Positions 54,501 to 64,000 of a DNA stretch of 64,000 bases are shown in pieces. The DNA comes from Naegleria gruberi. Lineage: Eukaryota. Each line of letters begins with the position of its first letter. Within the stretch, counting starts at the first letter, position 1. Under the pieces are notes generated by a model that was not told the DNA's origin, ran no database searches, and worked only from the letters and a program-made list of their open reading frames with translations. Both the position numbers and the translations under genes were made by a program. Location of the stretch: the NCBI GenBank assembly GCA_000004985.1, contig GG738847.1; one strand, written 5' to 3'.

Positions 54501-56953
54501 ATAGGTTGGATAGAGTATCATAAAGTTTTGGAATACTCTAATTTCCCTCAAAAGCAATCTAGGTACAGCAGATGGCATGCAAACATAGTAGGAATTCTTA
54601 ATGTTGCTAGAGAGCTGACCAGCAAAGGAAACTGACATACCAATACCAATAGATACAATACACATTGAAAGAAAAGATAGAATCAGGAAAAAGAATAAAT
54701 AAATATTGTGTGTGTGTTGTCTGTTAAGAGAAACTCTAAACTGGTATTCCTTCTTTTGGTTGCCTACAATATTTTCAATGCCACTGAATTCATCAATTCT
54801 ATCTTCGTAGGAATGACTAATGCCACTTCTTGCTCCAGATGTTTTTTGTACATCAACGCTTGCTTGATTAGTAAATCCTTCACCAAAGTAATTACTTTCT
54901 GGCAGTACTCTATTATTTTTTCCAATCTTTTTTGGAACTGAGGTCTTTTTTGTTTCTTCTTCTTCAATATAGTTGGCTTCTTCATACATTTCATATGCTT
55001 GATCTCTTTCAAATTTGACTTCTTCTAAGAATTTTGCATATGTTCTCAATACAGTCTTATTGTTACCATAGTTTGACATGAGGCCCTTAAGAGTAATTCC
55101 AACTTCCCTTGTGATGGAAGTAATTTGTTTGTTGATACTTTCTACCTTCTCGAACGAAATATTATCATTAATAAATTCTTTAAAGAAGGACTTGTGGAGT
55201 GAGGAAATAATTTGTTGTTTCTTTTCAACTTTTTGTAAAATATGTTTAATTTCTAGCAATCCTTTGCCACTGTCAAGAATTGTCTCAATTTCTTTAGTTC
55301 TCTCTACAATAGTAAATCTTTGTAACAGAGAGGGTTGATTTTTCTTTGCCTGAATAAATTTGTTAGATAAATGAAAATACTTTAAATACGTACTTTTTCT
55401 AAAATTGCAAGTGATTTTTGTTGTCCTGTTTCAAAAAAGTTACCACAAATAATGGAGGCTGCAATTAATAAATCAACATTTTGGTAAGTTTTTTGATTGG
55501 CAACACCCTTAATAAAACATTTGGAAAGTTCCAAATCACTGAGATTACCCAAAGTAGAGGTAGATCCTTTCTTCATACACCATTTTAAGAAGAGGAATAG
55601 TCTTCTTGAGCGATTGGTTTCTTCAATTTCTTGTAAGATTTTGATAGACTCCTTTTCTAGAATGTATTTAGGATTCATAATGTCATCATTACTCAAATTG
55701 TCTAATCCACGTTCCAAGTGATTCATAAATATTCCTCTCAGATCCTTATTAATGTATCTAGTCCATAAATCCATGCACAACCAACCAATGAAGGAAAATA
55801 TTATCATTACACCAATAGTCATGCCTAACAGTCCTAAACCAAGACCATACTCATTTTGAGTATTCACATATGTGGAAACAACACCACACAAAGAACCTCC
55901 AAGAGTGGCACAAACAAAACCAAAGTAAACAGCATTCTCCCATCTTCTATAAAAAGGCATTGAAAATAAAAAGAAAATAGTGATGCAAAAGCTAGCTACC
56001 ACAAAGTAAACTGCTTGAATTACCACAAATTGATCTCCTACAACATTAATCAACAAATAGTAAATTTGATAGCTTAGAACGCTTAAAAAATAGAGATGAG
56101 CATCAAATGTTAAGAAGGGAGTTTCACTCCTTGGATTTGCATCTGTTGTTGTGTAAAAACCAACAAAGGTTGTGAAAATTGTGAGCACATATGACAAAAG
56201 ACCAATTATAATGAAAGCCAAATTGGTGCCCGAATAACAGGCCACGTCAGGAAATCTATTCAAAACTTGTTCAGCTGTTGTTGAAGAAGTGACCAGCACT
56301 GCTGACGAATAATTACAATTCAAAAACCCCAACATGAGCCAACTGATTGGCAAACTTGTTAAAGAGATTGTTACATTCAATATTCTAGTAATGACTTTGA
56401 TTTTGGGCCAATACTTGCTCATTCTGTAGATAGATCTGTAGGCAATTATTAAAATAATGACTTGAAGTAGCTGTATGGCAAATATAATACCTGCAATAAT
56501 GACCGCTGCAGTGTAAGGTAAATGTTCAAAACCAAATGTTAGAGGATAATTAACAGCTCTTGCTATCCACCTTCCATACTCGCCAAAGTTATAACTAGGT
56601 TGAATGGCAATCACTAATGTTGCCCATATGAAATATAGTCTGATGAGTAGAGTTTTGATATATTCATTTCTTCCAACTAATTCTTGTCTGGTTTGTAAAT
56701 TAAGAAGGAACATGAAGGATCTCTCCTCTAACTGAGTAACAATAGACTCATTATAGTAATCTTCCAGTGATGATGTGGTACTACCCACTTGTGAAGCATT
56801 CACAACACTACCTGCTGCATTGGCATCATTAGGTTGTCTTGTTGAAGTAATATAACTTCGCTTATCTATTGAGGCAACATTGGTAGAAAAGTTATAATCT
56901 AGCACACTTCCGGATTCACCATCTGAACCAATAATACTTCCTCTCCTACTCAT
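51544..56953 (-). CDS. membrane adenylyl/guanylyl cyclase with N-terminal polytopic domain, second TM cluster, PAS domain and one class III cyclase catalytic domain; three exons (55394..56953, 52219..55349, 51544..52159)
   Basis: Exon 1 (MSRRGSIIG.., at least 8 TM helices) ends ..ILEK|GTACGT. A 44-nt intron (55350..55393, branch ATCTAAC, ..TTCAG) continues in frame into AKKNQPSLLQRF..LLEIKHIL... Exon 2 has TM helices, PAS (..GAILCNSQGDIELFNP..) and the cyclase core (..FSDMVGFT..KIKTIGDAYFCVGG..). It ends NIR|GTAAGT, and a 59-nt intron (52160..52218, TACTAAG..CATAG) joins ..VGLHTGPVVAGVIG..DLWGDTINTASRMES. All phases checked. Confidence 0.8.
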
Positions 56954-57492
56954 ATTTACAGTTGGTTGTATATTCCTAGAAAATAAATTATATTATATGA
57001 TTATTTTGATGATAGCAGTTTAATAGTAGATACTAGATATTAAGGAACCTTAGTTATAAATCCAACACTCTCCTATCACACAATACACAAAGGTGAGTTT
57101 TAACTGATACAGAAAAGAGAGCAAATAAACAACAGTTCTTTTGTTTTTGAGAAACGGCTCAATAAAGAGAGGGTGGCGCTTTTTTTTCTGTAAATTTTTC
57201 TGTTAAGTTCAAACTGATAAGGTAAGGATATTGATTCTTAAGGGAATCACTTTCCCAAAAACTGCTGGAACAACCAAGGGACAAAAGATGTCAATGTAAG
57301 TACATGCGTTTCCCATAGAGGTCAATATATTGTTGTGAAATGTAAAATTATAACGTGCAAGGTTCAAGCAGTAGCATAGGAGATGATTCTTTTGGATAAT
57401 TATGTGGTGATTACTGGGAAGTGGTGTGTTGTTAACACAAAAAATGTTTAAAACGAGCTGTTTGGCTGAATGTTCCAATGGTATTTCGGTAA

Positions 57493-58026
57493 TTATTTGT
57501 GCTCAACGTTATTACTATTTCCATTAATGTTTTCCTCATTACTGCAACAGTTGGTTTGTTCCGTTGAGGTTGTCTTAATGGTTAGAGTGGTGGTAACCTC
57601 AGGTAATTGTTCCTTTCTCCACTCTTGCATACCCCCTTTTAATTGATAGGCTGTGTATCCTTGTTGGGAAAGCCACTTTACTGCTGCAATAGATCGATGG
57701 GCACTCAAACAAATAGCATAAACAGGCTTATTCTTGTCTAATTTGGGAAGAATACTTTGATTCATACGTGATGAAAAACTGAAAACATTGGGAAGGAAGG
57801 AACAATTTATCGATCCTTCAATATGACCATTATTATATTCTGACTCGGTTCTAACATCAACAATTTGAAGGGAGTATTGACTTGTTTGATTTAATTGATC
57901 AAGTTGGTGAGCAGGTAATTCTGGAACTGATCCGAAAGTCCACCACCAAGGACCTGATGATTTTAAATTATTGGATGAATTATTGTTGTTATCAGTAGAT
58001 GATGATGTGTTGTCGTTTGAAGACAT
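57493..58026 (-). CDS. single-domain rhodanese-like protein
   Basis: ..IVDVRTESEYNNGHIEGSIN..PVYAICLSAHRSIAAVKWL..GYTAYQLKGGMQEW, with active-site Cys in the CLSAHRS loop. PolyN/S N-terminus. aaaaaATG start. Confidence 0.8.
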   Translation of the reverse strand: MSSNDNTSSSTDNNNNSSNNLKSSGPWWWTFGSVPELPAHQLDQLNQTSQYSLQIVDVRTESEYNNGHIEGSINCSFLPNVFSFSSRMNQSILPKLDKNKPVYAICLSAHRSIAAVKWLSQQGYTAYQLKGGMQEWRKEQLPEVTTTLTIKTTSTEQTNCCSNEENINGNSNNVEHK

Positions 58027-58119
58027 TTTTTGTTATTAATTTAAATTAATTTGTGATTTATTAGATTTGTCTTGAGCGAAGGGTTTACAATAGGATAAGA
58101 AAGATCTTAAGTTTCCTTA

Positions 58120-58914
58120 CTAGTAAAATTCAGCCATCTCTCCCATCTCTTCTTCCTCAGACATTCCCAATGAAATGCAATACCCTTTTGAAATGTAGTC
58201 TTTGAATGTGCTAATATTTTCCACATTGTAAACCTTCTTTCCACACACTCTACATGACCGTTCATCTCCATATCCATCCAAGCTATTAAATTTCAATGGA
58301 CACTTGTAGATATATTCACAATTTTCAATAAAGCCGTCATCACTCTTGAAATCATAGATTGGATCTCCTTCTTTCCTTCTGAGTATTGGAAGGAAGTTGG
58401 CTCCATTAATTTTGATGTGAGCAACTCTTCTCCTTAATACATGCATCCAATTCTTAATATTCAATGCCTTTTCAAATCTTGGGAAATAGAAACAAACTAA
58501 TGGTTTCCAAACTTGAATTTGAACTAGATCAAAGTCAATTGATTCCTCATCCTTTTGGTATTTCTTTTCCTGTGTTTTTAATTCGTTTTGTTTTGCATGT
58601 TCTCCAAAATGTGTTTGAATTTTACTCTTAATTACTGTATGGTTTGGAAAATTTGAAATTTCCTGATTGAACAGTAATTTCAAGTATCTTGAATTTGACT
58701 CGGAAAACCTTGCCAGCTCTCCTCCTTGACAATAGGTTGCAATATGTACAATCAATTCATCAGGAATGAGATTGAAATTACAATTCTTCTTTTTCTTTGG
58801 TACTGTTGTTTTCATTGATGCACTGGTGTTCGTTTTCTTTTTATCGACAGCCACAACAGCCAGATCATCTTCGGCTGTTGCTTTGGAAAGGTTGGAAAGT
58901 TTAAGAGTTGGCAT
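58120..58914 (-). CDS. F-box domain protein with a C-terminal Cys-rich (zinc-ribbon-like) region
   Basis: Real start MPTLKLS at 58914 (aaaaaaaaATG). F-box LIPDELIVHIATYC..L. C-terminus ..CPLKFNSLDGYGDERSCRVCGKK. Confidence 0.6.
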   Translation of the reverse strand: MPTLKLSNLSKATAEDDLAVVAVDKKKTNTSASMKTTVPKKKKNCNFNLIPDELIVHIATYCQGGELARFSESNSRYLKLLFNQEISNFPNHTVIKSKIQTHFGEHAKQNELKTQEKKYQKDEESIDFDLVQIQVWKPLVCFYFPRFEKALNIKNWMHVLRRRVAHIKINGANFLPILRRKEGDPIYDFKSDDGFIENCEYIYKCPLKFNSLDGYGDERSCRVCGKKVYNVENISTFKDYISKGYCISLGMSEEEEMGEMAEFY

Positions 58915-59013
58915 TTTTTTTGAAATTGAAGTGAACTTTTCCAAATACATTACAACACTGAGATTTTCAAAATAGTTTAATATCATTTAAGAAAATTAAC
59001 ATTTATTTACAAA

Positions 59014-62000
59014 TTAAAGTTCAGAATCATCATCACCAATCTTTTTCCTCACTGTTGACTTCTTTAACGAGACACCACCACCAAGAATGTTTGTACCAGC
59101 TTTTGGATCGTCCTTCTTGGCAGTTGATGCTGTGAGACGACTTGTTGTACTTGCATTTTTGAGATCTTGTTTAAGTTTTTCCTTCTTAAGCTTTTCTTCT
59201 TCTGCCTTCTTTTTCTTTTCGTCGGCCTTTTGTTGTTGAATATTCTTGTCGGCAGCTTGTTTAAATTGTTGAACAAAGGCATCAATCATTTGGAAGAATT
59301 TGTCTGGTTCTTTCATAAGATCGTCCTTAGTTTCATTGTACAATTCTGCGAGCTCTGTTAATTGATTCTTCATAGCTTCCATATCTTCCTTGATCTTGTT
59401 AATGGTATTGTCAACCTTCTCACAGAATGGTTGCATTTTTTCAACAAATTTGTCTCCATCAAGTTGTTCTTCAATGGCTTCTCTAATTTGAGTTTGTAAA
59501 ATGTTTTGTCCTTTTTTAAGTTCTTCCAAATCATCTTCCAAAGAGGAAATGTTCACTCTGGTGGCAGCTTGAACGTGTTCTAATTCTGTATCAAAACCAG
59601 CAACTTCTGGTTCGTTGTCTTGGACAAACTTGACAATATATTGGAGGAGAGAACTCTTACCGTCACCAGTCTTAGTATCATTCAACTTGGCAAGTGATTT
59701 GAGTTTAAAACCATAACTGATCTTATTCTTTTGTTTACCATTCAAAAAGTTACCAATTGTAAGAATAATACCCAACAATCTGATGAAATTCTTAGAGTTT
59801 TGCATTTCTTTACAGGCTAATGTAAGATTTTGAATATCAGGTCTAATTTTACCACTGATATCAGGGAATTTAAATTTAAATTCCCACGCATCAAGTCTTC
59901 CTTTGAGATTTGGAATTCCATCCATGACTTTGAAGAATTTATCAGGTTCTGCTAATTCATCCATTGGTCCATCATATGTATTGACAGTATCAATTTCTTC
60001 TCTCTCAGGAGCAATTTGCTTAATTGTACCAACATTATCAGAAGTAACAACAGCTTCATCGAGAGCAATAATAGCTTTCTTCAATGATTCATAACTTGTA
60101 CCTCTCAATGAACCTAATTGAAGGGAAACAGCATAACTACGTTTTGCATCCAACATTGATTTAACTTCCTTCTTCTTTTCTGTTGGCTTAACTTCTTTGT
60201 TTGGATCTTCCTTTTTCTTTGTAGAGAAACATGATGTCAAATGATCCAAATCTATTTCCTCAATAATGGAATTTGTCTTATTTGCAATACCTTTTGTCAT
60301 AAATACGGTATTGGTAAGTGTTGTCTTATTAATTTGGTCAAAGTGAACATTTCTGGTTGCTTCTTTTGGAGCTCTATCTGGAAGAACAGGTAATCCACCA
60401 CCAACAGCAGCACCTCTTCCAAAACCTCCTGGAACCATTGGTACACCTCTTCCAAAACCTGGTGGCATAGGAACACCCATACCAGGTGGCATTGGTACAC
60501 CTCCCATTCCTGGAGGCATTGGAACACCACCACCAGGAGGAGGAGGCACACCACCCATACCAGGAGGAGGAGGCACGCCTCCCATACCAGGTGGAGGATT
60601 GGAACACCTCCCATTCCTGGAGGCATTGGAATACCTGATCCTAAAGGAGGAGGAACACCGCCCATACCAGGTGGAGGAGGAACACCAAAACCTGGAGGAG
60701 GAGGAATACCACTATCCATTCCTGGAGGCATTGGAATACCTGATCCTGGAGGTGGTGGAATACCACCAAAACCTGGAGGAGGAGGAACAAATCCCATATC
60801 ACCACCAGGTGGAGGAGGAACAAATCCTGAGCCACCAGGAGGTGGAGGAACAAATCCAGTAGATCCAGGAGGTGGAGGCACGCCAAAATCACCACCAGGA
60901 GGTGGAGGCACAAATCCTGAGCTACCAGGTGGAAGTGGTACTGAACCACCAGGTGGAGGAGGAACGAATCCTGTCGAACCAGGTGGAGGAGGAACAGATC
61001 CAGTACTAGCTACTGTGCTAGTTGGAGGTACCTTAATAGGATTACTTTTGATAGATGAAATTTCTTTTTCGATGGCCGCAATAGTCTCCTTTAGCTTGGT
61101 TTCGTTTTCTTGATGCTTTTTGAGATCTGCTTGTAACTTTTCAATCTTTGATTTTCCTTCCTTTTCAACCTTTTCGGTTTCGTCTGTCACCTCCTTAACT
61201 TGATTTTTAACATCATCGTCTTGATCGCTTGAGTCTAATTTCTTTGTCCAAGTTTCCTTTTCCTCATGGAGCTTAATTTTTGATGCCACAGATTCAGAAA
61301 GTTCCTTACTGATTGTCTCTATTTCAACCTTCAGGTCTTCAATCTTCTTCTTGTTATCTTCACATTCTTTTTGAATATTTTGTTTCTCCGATTCGAGTTT
61401 TTGAACAAGTTCATTAATAATTTGCTCATTTTGTTGTCTTTCGTACTCAATTTTGTGTAACTTTTCATTCTGTTCTTGTTTAAATTTGTATTGAGAGTCT
61501 TCTAAATCAATAATTTGACTTTGGTTCAATCTGACTTGTTCTTCCAACTTGATTTCCAAATTAGTCCAATATTCTACATTTCCTGTTTCTCTGGACTGCT
61601 TTAAACTTCTCTTAACAAGTGCTAACATATTTTTCCAAGCTTCAAGAACGGTTTCTCTGTCCAAATCTCCATCTTTCATCTTTAAAACAATGTTAAGTAA
61701 TCTTTGAAGGATGTTAAGCATACTGGTCATGGATGCTTCGTTTAACATCAAGTTCAAAAGTTTTACAATTTCAGTTGGGTCACTTAAATCTTTAAGGACA
61801 GCGTGAGCATCTCCAAGATCACTGATTTTGTCTTCGAATCTTTCAATTTCTTTACTCAGATCCATTAATGTTTCTTCATTTTCATTACCTCCATAAGAAT
61901 TGGCAAGTTCATTCTTCAATTCATCTACTAACTCAACCATACCTAAATTTCTCATTTCCTTCTTGATGAGAGATTTACTACCTTCATCAGGTGCATTTGT

Positions 62001-62969
62001 CAAAATTGCATTCACTAAAATCATGACAGCCAATTTGTAATCCAAATCTCTTGTTTCTTGAACTCTTTGAACAATATCAAAGAATCTTCTCTTTTCTCTT
62101 TTAACCAATTTATAGTGATTAAAAGCATTCATAACAAGGGAGAAACCTTGATATGACCATCCACAAAGTAATGCTAATATTCTCAGACATTGACTTGCTG
62201 TGTTAACATTGTAAGTATCAAGAATTAAAGCCAAATTTTTAACAGCTTCAGTTTCGGATAAAAATTCATCTGCACCGATATTGGTATGTACAAGTGCACG
62301 TAAAGAGCTCACACACAAAGCTTGTTTTTGCAATTCTTCTTGATCACGTTTCTTTCCCAATACATTTGTCAATGCTAAACATTCTCCCAAAGCTCTAATA
62401 CCTCTTTCCATAATAAATTGGTTGACCCAACGTGTTGGAGCTGTTCTAATAAGAACATGAATAGTTTCCAAAATTTGTAAATCATAACCTCTTTGTTCCC
62501 ATAAGGCTAACATTTCACCAACACCTTGTTCAGTTGTTTCTTGGTCATCAATATCACGTTTGTTTTGTTTATATCTTTTCAATTCTCTAAATTTTGAAAT
62601 GAGTGGCTTGTTAGCAGATTCGTACTCTCTAACTTCTTCCGAAACACCAATATCAATCAACATTTCAATAAATTGTTCATTGATATCATCAGGAGAAATA
62701 TTGGAAGGAATTTCAGAGTGATGATCTAATGTTGAATCACCAGAATGATCCGTAAATGTACTAGCTGCTGTTGTATAACTTGTTGAGTCATCACCAAGAG
62801 TTGCCGTGTTGATACTCTGTTCTACTCTCTTCTTGTATTCATCCTTCTTCTTCTTTCTGTCCTTTTTGATTTTTTTTTTCAATTGATCTTTTACAGTTTT
62901 GGCGGTTTGATTGTTTTGATTTTCAATACTGTTTGTATCCACAGAAGAACCTATTAGTTTCTTTAACAT
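59014..62969 (-). CDS. diaphanous-type formin (GBD/FH3 - coiled coil - FH1 - FH2 - basic DAD-like tail) with a frame discontinuity inside the FH1 repeats near 60590-60600
   Basis: ORF 60297..62969 has GBD/FH3 armadillo, a long coiled coil, FH1 (..GFVPPPPGG.. and GIPMPPGMGGVP..) and ends in frame-garbled sequence. ORF 59014..60585 begins MGGVPPPPGMGG.. and carries a complete FH2 (..LLGIILTIGNFLNGK..) plus a Lys-rich C-terminus. The two ORFs overlap in different frames. Confidence 0.8.
60390..61010. repeat. tandem DNA repeats encoding FH1 poly-proline units (second formin)
   Basis: Same ccaggtggaggaggaacacc...cataccagg unit family as at 2880..3560. The antisense Gly/Glu-rich track ORFs (60599..60862, 60641..60949) are artefacts. 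Confidence 0.8.
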
Positions 62970-63128
62970 TTTGAAATTGGAAACCGAATGTTATTAGTCC
63001 TTCTACTAGCACAGTGATGTTATTGTTTTTTTTTAAAATAGTAGGATGACAGGTTAATTTATTTTTTGTGATGACAGATGAGGGATGATGATTGATTTCC
63101 AAGTTCTAAAAACATTAAGGACTAACAA

Positions 63129-63935
63129 TCAAAAAATGTACAAGGAAATAAAGGTAGCACGATAGAATGCTCTCCAACCTTCCTTCTTGTATATTCTATT
63201 CACACAATCAAGGAAACTGGAATATTCATTTTCATAATCAGATTGATATCTCATTCTTGCAAATGTGAAAGGTGCAACAATTAAATGGCTCAAAGAAAAC
63301 GTAATAATTGTTTTGGTAAATTCATAATTTGAGTTGTTTGAATTTCCCTTCCAAATATTCCAAAACAAATCGAATACATTTCCAATAAGTAAATTACTAC
63401 ACATTGAAACTATGGATTCCAATAAAAATCCAGAAAAATAACCTCTGTACAGTCCTTGTAATCCATTGGTGTTCTTCAAAGTTTCCATCTCCTCAAATAC
63501 CTTCTTAACCTTACCCATTGCATTATTAATTATCACTTCGATTTCATTATTTCCTGAATTTCCTTTAAGGAATTGGCTTATTACTTTTGGAGTTTTGAAG
63601 AGACGAACTTGTTTTGATCTGAGGTGAGTTAATGAAATAGTATCAAATGGATAGCTAATCATTGATGAAATAATTGGAGAGAGTATTGAATGAATTGATG
63701 ATGGAATTAACAATTTGGAACAATATCGGAATAGTGATGAAATCAAACCTCCAATCATTCTGGCTTGTTGTGCAGTTCCACCTTTAAATATCCGAACTAC
63801 ATTATGCATAATACAGTACGTAATAAATCGATATGTTAAATATAGTATTATAAAACCTACACAATCCTTGATTATTATAAATATGGTAGAGTAAGTGTTG
63901 AACTGAATCATACTGATGTCTTCCACTATTTGCAT
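63129..63935 (-). CDS. mitochondrial carrier family (SLC25) protein; 5' end possibly beyond the called start
   Basis: Carrier signatures PFDTISLTHLRS, GLYRGYFSGF and PFTFARMRYQ in a tripartite arrangement. Only about 2.5 repeats fit in the ORF from the called start. Confidence 0.7.
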   Translation of the reverse strand: MQIVEDISMIQFNTYSTIFIIIKDCVGFIILYLTYRFITYCIMHNVVRIFKGGTAQQARMIGGLISSLFRYCSKLLIPSSIHSILSPIISSMISYPFDTISLTHLRSKQVRLFKTPKVISQFLKGNSGNNEIEVIINNAMGKVKKVFEEMETLKNTNGLQGLYRGYFSGFLLESIVSMCSNLLIGNVFDLFWNIWKGNSNNSNYEFTKTIITFSLSHLIVAPFTFARMRYQSDYENEYSSFLDCVNRIYKKEGWRAFYRATFISLYIF

Positions 63936-64000
63936 TTACATCAACAACCATCCGAAGGTTCAAACTTGTGTGATCACCAATTAATGAATCAATGCCACCT

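Noticed and set aside
1-64000. CRISPR arrays, prophage or integron-type prokaryotic systems
   Set aside because: None is present. The window is eukaryotic nuclear DNA: spliceosomal introns, RNA polymerase III genes with T-run terminators, formins, actins. The only spaced repeats are the protein-coding FH1 tandem repeats and the inverted-repeat element at 38560-39125.

Overview
This window looks like gene-dense eukaryotic nuclear DNA, not prokaryotic and not organellar. It is AT-rich, roughly 35% GC by eye, and uses the standard genetic code: canonical proteins end at TAA, TAG and TGA, and CTG encodes Leu. I count about 38 protein-coding genes, two tRNAs (Asn-GUU and Phe-GAA) and two dispersed 5S rRNA genes. 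Intergenic spacers are only about 100-300 bp. Nearly every start codon has an A-run context (aaaaaATG). Introns are rare, about 0-2 per gene, and very short (37-59 nt). I found them by hand where the ORF track breaks a gene. Their donors are GTAAGT, GTATGT, GTTTGT, GTAGGT or GTACGT, and several carry a CTAAC/CTAAG branch-like motif close to the AG. The ORF caller evidently also accepts GTG/TTG/ATT starts and includes the stop codon in its coordinates, so I re-derived real ATG starts where I could. I read nucleotides by eye, so single-nucleotide details carry some risk; frame relationships taken from the ORF track are solid. Recognisable products: mitochondrial tRNA 2-thiouridylase (MnmA/TRMU, 5' partial), two diaphanous-type formins with FH1 poly-Pro tandem repeats, WDR70, BRCC36 (MPN+/JAMM deubiquitinase), Xaa-Pro aminopeptidase (XPNPEP3-like), RPL23A (uL23), LSm5 (three exons, missed by the ORF track), bystin, two divergent actin-like proteins, DPH1, FAM32A, a single-domain rhodanese, a mitochondrial carrier, an NmrA-like protein, a PAS-domain membrane adenylyl/guanylyl cyclase (three exons), a STAND-type P-loop NTPase, a paraseptin/IRG-like GTPase, F-box proteins including an F-box/Ras-like pseudo-GTPase fusion, and an IPT/TIG plus ankyrin transcription-factor-like protein. 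The most unusual locus is a roughly 1,700-aa gene at 44296-49403 on the minus strand. It joins a signal peptide and a large extracellular domain to a Cys-rich (GYYCP) region and an ABCG-type module whose ATPase motifs are degenerate, with an apparent one-nucleotide homopolymer frameshift between the two ORFs. Other points worth a second look: frame breaks inside the FH1 repeats of both formins; a secreted, extremely polybasic repeat protein; a 565-bp inverted-repeat (MITE-like) element with AACGTT arrays and a 22-bp central palindrome; a perfect 26-bp hairpin over a start codon; two canonical E2F sites (TTTGGCGGGAA); an RNA polymerase III gene cluster (5S x2, a partial 5S duplication, tRNA-Phe) interleaved with the actin-like genes; and a 150-codon ORF that starts 5 nt after the formin stop codon. 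I cannot name the organism. The features fit a compact-genome unicellular eukaryote (protist-like), possibly a long-read assembly with residual indels.
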